This document shows positions 18,437 to 26,473 of a DNA stretch of 32,000 nucleotides, in pieces. This DNA comes from Deltaproteobacteria bacterium (lineage in GTDB: Bacteria > Desulfobacterota > Desulfomonilia > Desulfomonilales > Desulfomonilaceae). Each line of letters starts with the position of its first letter. The stretch's first letter is position 1. Where the stretch lies: NCBI GenBank assembly GCA_036821825.1, contig DAISIV010000040.1:39-32038 (forward strand), in the 5' to 3' direction. The translations under genes were made by a program, and so were the position numbers. The notes beneath the pieces were generated by a model, which saw only the letters and a program-made list of their open reading frames with translations, did not search any database and had not been told where the DNA came from.

Positions 18437-18772
18437 ATGAAAAAGATGCTGTATCTCAAAAATGTGAGCACACTAAGCTTCAACCGCGACTTGTGCACGG
18501 GGTGCGGGACATGCCTGGAGGTTTGTCCAAGGGAAGTGTTTGCTCGGATTAATGGAGCTGTTCAGGTGGTGGAGCCGGACGCATGCATGGAATGTGGGGC
18601 ATGTTCAAAAAACTGTCCCGTCCATGCTGTTTTTGTCAAGCCCGGGGTGGGTTGCGCTCTTGCGGTAATAAACTCCGCTTTGGGGCGAAAAAGCTCTTCG
18701 TGTTGTTGTGTTCTGGACTCTGAGGATCAATCTCCATGTTGCTCATCCAACAAGTCTTCAGGCTGTTGCTGA
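18437..18772 (+). CDS. hgcB: HgcB, 2x[4Fe-4S] ferredoxin-like partner of HgcA
   Basis: 111 aa with CTGCGTCLEVCP and CMECGACSKNCP, a conserved isolated Cys73 (KPGVGCALAV), and a C-terminal Cys-rich tail SSSCCCVLDSEDQSPCCSSNKSSGCC. Starts 14 bp after the hgcA stop. Confidence 0.96.
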   Translation: MKKMLYLKNVSTLSFNRDLCTGCGTCLEVCPREVFARINGAVQVVEPDACMECGACSKNCPVHAVFVKPGVGCALAVINSALGRKSSSCCCVLDSEDQSPCCSSNKSSGCC

Positions 18773-18803
18773 ACAAAAATTAGCCAGCGGTTTTCTTCTC
18801 CCG

Positions 18804-19907
18804 TCAGACTTCATAACCGTACCTGATAAAATTGTCCCGCCATCTACCTGCAACAAGCGCTTTTTCTTCACTGGAAAGTTGATATGAGTTTTTTCGATAA
18901 TCTCTAAGAGACTCAACATACCTGTTCAGTCTTTGCCTAACAGTTTCAAAGTTTTTAATATCCAGTCTTTGATAAATTTGGGAGATGGTTTGCACCGGGT
19001 CATGATCAAGATCCTCGTATTTTACCTCCACCAATGCGTTAGGCTTCAGCAAAGCTTTGTCTTTTTCAAATAAATCAAAAAGCCTCGTGTACCACGACAG
19101 TATAGTTTCCCGGACCATATCTTCCGAGGCAACCTGAAGGTGCACATGGGCAAATGAATCTTTCCAGAGTTTTCTCGTAGACTTATAAACATTATATGGA
19201 TTTCGAACTATGTGAATGAACTGGGCGTCGGGATACATCTCGAGCAACAGCTTCATTCTCCCCATGTGAGGCGGGGATTTGAAAAGTAGTCTGCCTCCCT
19301 CAGAGAGGCTCATTTTTTTCACAAAAGTCGACATGCTCTTCTTCCATGCGAACAGAGCGTCGAGGGACCAATCCGACGGATCAACAGACGTATATTCTTC
19401 AGGAGCAGTGCGAGGGAAAAGTAGTTTCATATATGGGGAAACAAGAGAACTGGCTGCCAGAGCGAATTCGTCTTCATGGGGGGCCTCAGCGGAGAAAACC
19501 ACCTCGTCCATTGGCCTTTTTGGAGGGGCTATCAAATTAAAAATGAAGTTCGCCACCTGGCTGTACAGAAAATGATTGGGAAAAGAAGCCTGATATGCGG
19601 TTGGTGATGAAAAGCTTGAATCAAGGCTCATCAGATTGTGTAGATGAGTAGTGCCGCTCCTCCAATGCCCCACTATGAATAACGGGCTCGACTCCACCTT
19701 AAATTCATCGATTTCCCTGGAGTTAAAGAAGGTCTCGCAAACCCCGAGCATGCTGTTAAAAACTCCCAGACCGCTTAAAAAGGCCAATCGACCGTAACAT
19801 GGGGGGTCAATTTGAAAATCGTTTAGAATTATGGCCTTGAAAAGTGTTTTCAAGGTCATTCCAGGTATTATCTGGGGACGGAATCTCAAATTATTTAATG
19901 ATGCCAA
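18804..19907 (-). CDS. Sulfotransferase family protein
   Basis: 367 aa with PAPS-binding P-loop-like PLFIVGHWRSGTTHLHNLM, KSPPHMGRMKLLLEMYPDAQFIHIVRNPYNVYKSTRKLW and VEVKYEDL. Confidence 0.85.
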   Translation of the reverse strand: MASLNNLRFRPQIIPGMTLKTLFKAIILNDFQIDPPCYGRLAFLSGLGVFNSMLGVCETFFNSREIDEFKVESSPLFIVGHWRSGTTHLHNLMSLDSSFSSPTAYQASFPNHFLYSQVANFIFNLIAPPKRPMDEVVFSAEAPHEDEFALAASSLVSPYMKLLFPRTAPEEYTSVDPSDWSLDALFAWKKSMSTFVKKMSLSEGGRLLFKSPPHMGRMKLLLEMYPDAQFIHIVRNPYNVYKSTRKLWKDSFAHVHLQVASEDMVRETILSWYTRLFDLFEKDKALLKPNALVEVKYEDLDHDPVQTISQIYQRLDIKNFETVRQRLNRYVESLRDYRKNSYQLSSEEKALVAGRWRDNFIRYGYEV

Positions 19908-20150
19908 TTAAATACTACCTTGCTTCATTTCTTAACCTTTTACTATAGCATAACTGGACAAAAAATGGCATTCGACAGCATCAAAATCGCAAGCCCGATG
20001 ACGGAACCTTTTGGGGGCAAGAATCAACACGGACTTGATTTATAGTAGCGATGGTGTAAAAAGGAGTTTTGCCACAGGCGAGTCAATCACTTAACAACAT
20101 GTACAAACTTTGTGTGAGTCTATGAGTAACGCCATACACAGGAGGACTTG

Positions 20151-20648
20151 ATGGCCTTTCGAGGAAAAGTGTGGAAGTTCGGAGACGATGTTAATACCGA
20201 TGAAATAATTCCGGCCAGATATTTGAGCTTCACAGACCCAGAAAAACTGGCGGAGCATGTAATGGAAGACGCTGACCCAAGTTTTCCAGGGAAAGTCTCA
20301 AAGGGTGACATATTAGTCGCAGGAAAAAACTTTGGTTGTGGCTCTTCCAGGGAACACGCGCCGGTCGCCATCAAGGGCGCAGGAATAGCTTGCGTAATAG
20401 CTTCAGGATTCGCCAGGATCTTTTATAGAAACGCTTTCAATATGGGTCTGCTCATCCTCGAATCACCCGAGGCATCTGACAAAATTAGAGAGGGAGATGT
20501 GATCGAGGTTGATCAGAAGCTCGGCATTATTCACAACACGACGTCAGGGGAAACTTTTCAGGTTACCCCCATTCCCGCTTTCATGGATGAGTTGTTAAGC
20601 GATGGCGGGCTTGTCGAGCATATCAAGAAATCGGCCTCTCCTAGATGA
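20151..20648 (+). CDS. leuD: 3-isopropylmalate dehydratase small subunit / aconitase-family swivel domain protein
   Basis: 165 aa from ATG 20151 (the track's TTG is 3 nt upstream), GGAGG upstream. FGDDVNTDEIIPARYLSFTDPEKLAEHVMEDADPSF and GKNFGCGSSREHAPVAIKGAGIACVIASGFARIFYRNAFNMGL. Confidence 0.93.
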   Translation: MAFRGKVWKFGDDVNTDEIIPARYLSFTDPEKLAEHVMEDADPSFPGKVSKGDILVAGKNFGCGSSREHAPVAIKGAGIACVIASGFARIFYRNAFNMGLLILESPEASDKIREGDVIEVDQKLGIIHNTTSGETFQVTPIPAFMDELLSDGGLVEHIKKSASPR

Positions 20649-20863
20649 GCCATTTTGGCCTGCCTTGGTTGAGGGCTTTTTGGGAATAGCGATTAATTTG
20701 GCCACGGACTTTCTTTTATGTTAAGCTTCTGGAAAAAGGGTTTCATTACCTTAGCTTGCACGCTGTCAGAAATGCTCAGACTCTTGGAGCATCCTGGCGC
20801 AACGTCGCCGGTTCTGCGGCAAAGCTTGATGGTCTGCCCTGACACTAGCGGAGGTTCTCCAAA

Positions 20864-22336
20864 GTGCGCGTCTTAATGATTACGCCTGAGGCTACCCCTT
20901 TCGCCCAGACCGGCGGTTTGGGAGAAGTATTACAGGCTTTACCAGTTGAACTGGCCGGTCTCGGTGTGGAAATAGATGTTTTAATGCCTAAATATCGCGG
21001 CATAACCGACGAGAAATTTGACATACACAAGACTGATATAAAAATAGAAGTAACCCTAAACGCGAAACTCGTCAGCGCTGGCCTCTGGATTCACCAGACC
21101 TCCAGTGGGGCAAGGTATATTTTTGTCGACTGTCCTGAGTATTTCGATCGCGAGAATCTTTACGGAACACCTGATGGTGATTACGAAGACAATGCCGAGA
21201 GATTCGTTTTCCTGACCCGCGCTGCAATTGAAGTGTCTCTGGCCACCAATACCCACTACGACGTGTTTCATTCTCATGATTGGCAGGCCGCCCTAACTCC
21301 TGTTTATTTGAGAACGCTGTATGCCGGTGAGTCCGGTTTGCAGGAGAGCGCGGCTGTGATGACGATACACAATTTGGGTTATCAGGGAATCTTCTGGCAC
21401 CTGGACATGCCACTGGTTGGGGTGGGCTGGGAATTTTTTACCCCAAGCCACATGGAATTTCACGGAAAACTCAATTTCCTCAAGAGTGGAATAGTTTTTG
21501 CCGACGAAGTAAATACGGTTTCCAGAGGCTACAGGAACGAAATACTGACACCTGAGTTTGGGTTCGGACTGGAGGGAGTACTCCAGGAAAAGGGTGAGAG
21601 ACTTTCGGGAATTCTTAACGGTGTCGATTACACAATATGGAACCCAGAGACAGACACACTTATCCATGCCAATTATTCGCATGAAAACCTGTTAGGCAAG
21701 GCAAAGTGCAAAACAGACCTCCAAAAACTGGCTTCCCTGCCTGAAAGCCCTTCCGTGCCGGTAATAGGGATGGTCAGCAGGTTGTCCAGTCAAAAAGGGG
21801 TTGATCTACTTCTGGAGGTAATACCTTCTCTCGTCGGAAAAGATGTTCAGCTTGTCCTCCTCGGGACTGGTGACGCTCACTTCCAGAAGGCTTTTTCAGA
21901 TCTGAATCAGCAATATGGAGACAAAATAGCCACCTTTTTGAGTTACGACTACTTCCTTGCTCACAAGATCTTTGCCGGCTCGGACATACTTCTGGTACCG
22001 TCGCGATATGAGCCTTGCGGACTCAACCAGCTTTATGCGCTGAAATACGGAACTGTGCCGGTGGTTAGATCAACAGGTGGTCTGATGGACACCGTGGAGG
22101 AATTTGATCCTGATAACGATACCGGGACCGGTTTCAGGTTCACCTCACCTGCTCCGTTTGAATTCGAGGACGCTATCAATCGCGCCCTTGATTTATACAG
22201 TTCTGATCCTGAAATCTGGCAAAGACTAATGATTAGGGGTATGCAGAGGGATTTTTCCTGGAATCGTTCAGCTCAGGATTACCTAAAGCTTTACGAGAGG
22301 GCGGTTCAGGACAGATTAAATTACTTGGGGAAATAA
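20864..22336 (+). CDS. glgA: Glycogen/starch synthase (GT5)
   Basis: 490 aa, GTG start with GGAGG upstream. MRVLMITPEATPFAQTGGLGEVLQALP, HSHDWQAALTP, GILNGVDYTIWNPETD, KTDLQK, VPSRYEPCGLNQLYALKYGTVPVVRSTGGLMDTV. Confidence 0.94.
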   Translation: MRVLMITPEATPFAQTGGLGEVLQALPVELAGLGVEIDVLMPKYRGITDEKFDIHKTDIKIEVTLNAKLVSAGLWIHQTSSGARYIFVDCPEYFDRENLYGTPDGDYEDNAERFVFLTRAAIEVSLATNTHYDVFHSHDWQAALTPVYLRTLYAGESGLQESAAVMTIHNLGYQGIFWHLDMPLVGVGWEFFTPSHMEFHGKLNFLKSGIVFADEVNTVSRGYRNEILTPEFGFGLEGVLQEKGERLSGILNGVDYTIWNPETDTLIHANYSHENLLGKAKCKTDLQKLASLPESPSVPVIGMVSRLSSQKGVDLLLEVIPSLVGKDVQLVLLGTGDAHFQKAFSDLNQQYGDKIATFLSYDYFLAHKIFAGSDILLVPSRYEPCGLNQLYALKYGTVPVVRSTGGLMDTVEEFDPDNDTGTGFRFTSPAPFEFEDAINRALDLYSSDPEIWQRLMIRGMQRDFSWNRSAQDYLKLYERAVQDRLNYLGK

Positions 22337-22353
22337 GTAGTAATCGTGTTGGG

Positions 22354-24528
22354 TTAGGAACGGGAAAGCAGTTTTTCAGTCAAACCGCTAAATCTGCGCT
22401 CAACATTCTTTTCTGCGACCGCAATTTCAACTGCCTTTGGGTTGGCGATGATAACTACCAGCTTGCGACCGCGGGTCATGGCGGTGTAAAGCAGATTTCT
22501 GCGCAGCATGACGTAATGCTGGGTGCTCAAAGGTATTATCACGCATGGATATTCACTTCCCTGGGATTTGTGAATGGTGACTGCATAGGCTAGCGCCAAC
22601 TCGTCAAGTTCGTTGACATGGTAAGTCACAAGCCTGGAATCGAACTCTACCGTCACTTCATTCCAGTTCTCGTCAAATGATGCGATGATGCCTGTGTCGC
22701 CGTTAAAGACCTCCTTGTCATAATTGTTTCTGATTTGCATGACCCGGTCGCCTACACTGAAGCGCCCCCCCTTTACGACCTTTCCGCCCCGGTTAAGCAG
22801 TAGCCTGAGTTCATTGTTGAGGTTCTCCGTGCCGACCTGCCCACGGTTCATAGGAGTCAGGACCTGGATATCATCCACGGGATTTAGTTTAAAACGGTTC
22901 GGAATTCTTGTGGATACCAACTCCTTGATGAGTCTCAGGATGTCCTCGGGCTGCTCGGACTCTATCATATAGAAATCACTTAATTCCCCGTCATGGCTGT
23001 CTCTCTCCGGAAGCAGCCCCTGATTCACCCTGTGGGAGTTTACGACGATGTCACTTTCCTGAGCCTGCCTGAAAATGGTGTCCAGGCGGATCACAGGGAC
23101 CTGACCCGATTCTATGAGATCCGACAGGACATTTCCGGGACCAACAGACGGCAATTGATCCGCATCGCCTACCAGAATCAGACTTGACGCCGAATCGATG
23201 GCCCCCAGCAAATTGTTGGCTAACAGAATATCTAGCATCGACACTTCGTCAACTATCACCAAATCAGCTTCCAGTGGGTTGCTGGAGTTCCGCTGGAACC
23301 CACCGCCGCCTGGCGAATACTCCAACAGTCTATGAACCGTCTTCGCTTCCCTACCGGTAGACTCAGAGAGTCTCTTGGCCGCCCTGCCGGTCGGCGCCGC
23401 CAGAAGAGTCCGGATGTTCTTTGCTTCAAAGATTTTTATTAGTGAGTTGAGTAAGGTAGTCTTTCCCGTCCCAGGACCTCCTGTAATAATAAGAATTTTG
23501 CTCTGCACAGCCGTCCTGATGGCCTCTTTCTGAGCGTCAGACAATACTATTTGTTCTCGCCGCTCCACCCACTGGATTGCAGCCTCAACGTTAATTTTTG
23601 GAAATATCAATGGCGAAACCAGAAGATCTCGAATTCTTGAGGCCACCGAATCCTCTATTCTTGCCATCATAGCCAGGTATACGCGACCATCCTGAATCAC
23701 TACTTCCCGGTTGTTAGACAATTCCACCAGCGCTTTTTCCAGCAGCTTATTTTCAACACCAAGAAGTATCCTTGCCTTTTCTATGAGGTTCGGGTGAGGT
23801 AGATATGTGTGGCCTTCGGATTGGGCAAGGTCAAGCGTGTGAACTAGCCCTGCCCTGGCGCGTAAAGGTGAGCGATGGTCTATTCCCAAGCTGGCCGCTA
23901 TCCGGTCTGCAGATTTGAAGCCTATGCCCCTAATATCTGTTGCCAGAACATAAGGGTTTCGTTTCACGACTTCTATTGAACTTTTTTGGTATTTCTTGAA
24001 TATCCTGTACGCGTAAGTCGAAGAAACACCGTGAGTTTGAAGAAACAGCATGACATCCCTGATCTCCCTTTGTTCCTGAAATGCCTCGGAGATCATTTTT
24101 GCGCGACCTTTTCCGATTCCGGAAACCTGAAGCAATTGATCGGGGGTTGTGTCGATGACCTCAAGAGTTTTTTCACCGAATTTGGCCGTAATCCGTCGCG
24201 CCATTTCCGGACCAATTCCTTTGATGAGATTCGATGAAAGATATTTTTCTATTCCCTTGATGGTCGAGGGCGCCTTGGTTTCAGCCTCGACAAACCTGAA
24301 CTGTTCCCCGTAATTCTTGGCAAACTCCCATTTTCCCTTTAGAAGTAATGTTTCTCCAGGATGTGGCTGAGCTAACCTACCCACTATGGTTACCGGGTCT
24401 GAACGCCCTGGTACGGACAACGCCGCTACAACGAAGTCATGATCGTTGTGGCTGAAGACAAGTCTCTCCAGCACACCCTCTATAACCTCAAGACGCTCCG
24501 ATTTGGCCATGTTTCCCGGTAATTCCAT
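22354..24528 (-). CDS. recD2: RecD2/YrrC-type ATP-dependent DNA helicase
   Basis: 724 aa with an N-terminal OB/HhH region (IKGIGPEMARRITAKFG, VSGIGKGRAKMI), Walker A ITGGPGTGKTTLLNSL, VDEVSMLDILL, VGDADQLPSVGPGNVL and YAVTIHKSQGSEYPCVIIPL. Confidence 0.93.
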   Translation of the reverse strand: MELPGNMAKSERLEVIEGVLERLVFSHNDHDFVVAALSVPGRSDPVTIVGRLAQPHPGETLLLKGKWEFAKNYGEQFRFVEAETKAPSTIKGIEKYLSSNLIKGIGPEMARRITAKFGEKTLEVIDTTPDQLLQVSGIGKGRAKMISEAFQEQREIRDVMLFLQTHGVSSTYAYRIFKKYQKSSIEVVKRNPYVLATDIRGIGFKSADRIAASLGIDHRSPLRARAGLVHTLDLAQSEGHTYLPHPNLIEKARILLGVENKLLEKALVELSNNREVVIQDGRVYLAMMARIEDSVASRIRDLLVSPLIFPKINVEAAIQWVERREQIVLSDAQKEAIRTAVQSKILIITGGPGTGKTTLLNSLIKIFEAKNIRTLLAAPTGRAAKRLSESTGREAKTVHRLLEYSPGGGGFQRNSSNPLEADLVIVDEVSMLDILLANNLLGAIDSASSLILVGDADQLPSVGPGNVLSDLIESGQVPVIRLDTIFRQAQESDIVVNSHRVNQGLLPERDSHDGELSDFYMIESEQPEDILRLIKELVSTRIPNRFKLNPVDDIQVLTPMNRGQVGTENLNNELRLLLNRGGKVVKGGRFSVGDRVMQIRNNYDKEVFNGDTGIIASFDENWNEVTVEFDSRLVTYHVNELDELALAYAVTIHKSQGSEYPCVIIPLSTQHYVMLRRNLLYTAMTRGRKLVVIIANPKAVEIAVAEKNVERRFSGLTEKLLSRS

Positions 24529-24617
24529 GATCCTAACACTATTATATCCTGTCCGAGTTTTAAAGGCCCCAAACTGTCAAGATAAAGCCTTCCTTTGATC
24601 TGAGGTTTTTATAGAAC

Positions 24618-24643
24618 AAAAAAACGGGGACTAAAAGTCCCCG
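24618..24643 (-). terminator. Rho-independent terminator for the minus-strand gene at 24745-25230
   Basis: On the minus strand CGGGGAC-TTTTA-GTCCCCG (perfect 7-bp stem, 5-nt loop; 24625-24643) is followed by seven T residues (A7 at 24618-24624 on the plus strand). Confidence 0.92.
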
Positions 24644-24744
24644 AAGGATTGGAAGGATTATTACTTTTTGATTAGTTCGCTATGAAATGCCTGGTTTAGA
24701 TAATTTTGTTCGCCTGAAACCCTGGATCAGCCCTTAAATCCATC

Positions 24745-25230
24745 TTATAAGCCAAAACCGAGTCCACCACCGAGGCCACCGAGAATTCCGGAGCAAAGTT
24801 CAAGACAAGGCAACCCACCGAACAAACCGCCTCCAAGAGCGCCCGCTCCGTAAGGAGCTGGACCGCAAGGGGCAGGGGCTACCGGACCACAGGCTGGTGG
24901 CGCATACGGTGCGCAGCCAGGAGCAGGAACTGCAGGTCCATAAGGCCTGGCGACAGGCGCGCCGTAAACAGGAGCCCCATAAGGCGCTGCCGTGTTTCCA
25001 CCCAACAGACTTCCAACTACCAGAAATGGAAGGGCTACAACTCCTCCACAAAGTCCGGGGAATGGCGCGTCACCCCAATAGGCTGGATTCGGACCCACGG
25101 TGGGACCGCATGGCGCCGGAGCGCAAGCAATCGGAGCAGCCGGGGCCACCATCTTGCCACCCGCCAGAGCTAGTGACGCCATCATAAGCGTCGTTAAACA
25201 AAGTGAAAAAATTAAAATTCTCTTGACCAT
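24745..25230 (-). CDS. Secreted low-complexity Pro/Gly/Ala/Cys-rich protein of unknown function
   Basis: The track ORF starts at 25287; tandem ATGs at 25233 and 25230 lie just behind GGAGG (25236-25240). Signal peptide MVKRILIFSLCLTTLMMASLALAGG, then CAPAPCGP, PGCAPYAPPACGPVAPAPCGPAPYG and a GGLGGGLGFGL C-terminus. Dedicated terminator downstream. Confidence 0.75.
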   Translation of the reverse strand: MVKRILIFSLCLTTLMMASLALAGGKMVAPAAPIACAPAPCGPTVGPNPAYWGDAPFPGLCGGVVALPFLVVGSLLGGNTAAPYGAPVYGAPVARPYGPAVPAPGCAPYAPPACGPVAPAPCGPAPYGAGALGGGLFGGLPCLELCSGILGGLGGGLGFGL

Positions 25231-25748
25231 CATACCCTCCTTTATTGGGACAGGTCTATACACATCCAAAGTGTGTAAGCTGAGCAAATGCGTTGATACT
25301 TACCCCCACATCAACCCTGGCGCAGGGACGTATCATGCGACATTTTGTGTGTCAAGAAAATTATTGATGTTGACTAGTTATATTTTAGTTGGAAAGTATG
25401 ATCTTATGAAAAACACTATTCAAGTTAGCATAACATCATTTAATGCCTGAAACTATTGATGTTTGATTTATTGGTTTGAGCGTGACCTCGTGGCGCACAA
25501 ATCGGGTTTCCTGGCGGAAAGACCTGCCCACAACCTGGGATAATTGTCTTAAAAAGGCCTTCAGGTAACATCTAATCGTAATTTCTCAATCCCTCTTTCC
25601 ATGATGGTTTTTTTTCAACAACCTTGGTTTTTTGATCACGGCTGACTGTATGGCCGATCATAATGATGATATACTCTCGGTCCGATGTCCTGGACTTGGC
25701 TATCATGGGGCGCCCGGTCGATTGTCGAGCGCTAGCGGAGTGTAAATA

Positions 25749-26165
25749 TTGAAACGATTTCTGATAGCATGGCTCCTGTTTGTCTTGTGCCATGCAAACG
25801 CCGATGGTTCGGGTGGTATTACACCTGAGCAGATTTATCAAACCAATCTCGACTGGCAGACAGTCATTGGCAGTTGGGAGAAACTTCCCGAAGAAAATCC
25901 CCTGGCCGAAAAACCCAACGGTTTTAAGGACCCTTCGTTCCGATCTTTGATCACCCTGAGGAAGGATGGGACCTGTAGAATTTTCAATGAAGCTTACCCC
26001 TCCGGAATCGATGGTGTTTGGTCTTACGATGACCACAGTATTTCAGTCACGCTGCCCAACAAGGTCAAGATCAATATGTACGTCTATGGGGTGAGGGGCG
26101 ATTTTATGATCACTCGTACCCCCGAAAAAAATGGTGTGGACCAGCTATGGTCGCGCGTCAAGTAA
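25749..26165 (+). CDS. Small secreted/periplasmic protein of unknown function
   Basis: 138 aa, TTG start with GGAG upstream. Signal peptide MKRFLIAWLLFVLCHANADG, then IGSWEKLPEENP...FRSLITLRKDGTCRIFNEAYPSGIDGVWSYDDHSISVTLPNK, suggestive of a small beta-barrel/lipocalin-like 'threshold' domain. Confidence 0.65.
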   Translation: MKRFLIAWLLFVLCHANADGSGGITPEQIYQTNLDWQTVIGSWEKLPEENPLAEKPNGFKDPSFRSLITLRKDGTCRIFNEAYPSGIDGVWSYDDHSISVTLPNKVKINMYVYGVRGDFMITRTPEKNGVDQLWSRVK

Positions 26166-26473
26166 TATCCATTGTCACAATTTAATACTCAGTCTGATTT
26201 GTAAAAAAAATAATTCAACCTATCCGTGATTGATTTGACCGGTCAGTATTTCTTATGTTGGCGGAGGTTTACCTGTTATTCATGAACCAGAGGCCTGCCA
26301 ACCCCCCAGGAAACGTCTGATGCGCAAAACTTCGTTGACAATAATTGCCTTCTTGGATATACTTACCGCAGAAAATCAGTTTTTTCATAGTTTATAGATA
26401 ATTCAGTATTTACGATTAATTGAATTTAGCCCTTCGAGTAACTTCTTAAAGGGCTTCAGGGTATGGAACAAGC

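Noticed and set aside
24800-25450. ORFs opposite the Pro/Gly-rich gene (+24897..25187, +25100..25450, -24800..25051)
   Set aside because: Compositional shadow ORFs of a GC-rich low-complexity gene. The minus frame 24745-25230 has signal peptide, RBS and terminator; these do not.
25572-26036. 154-aa minus-strand ORF opposite the small secreted protein
   Set aside because: No recognisable domain. The plus-strand frame has a signal peptide and RBS, so this looks like antisense noise.
26429-26454. Possible hairpin GCCCTT-N14-AAGGGC before the TolC-like gene
   Set aside because: Only a 6-bp stem with a long loop and no T-tract; likely chance at this level of scrutiny.
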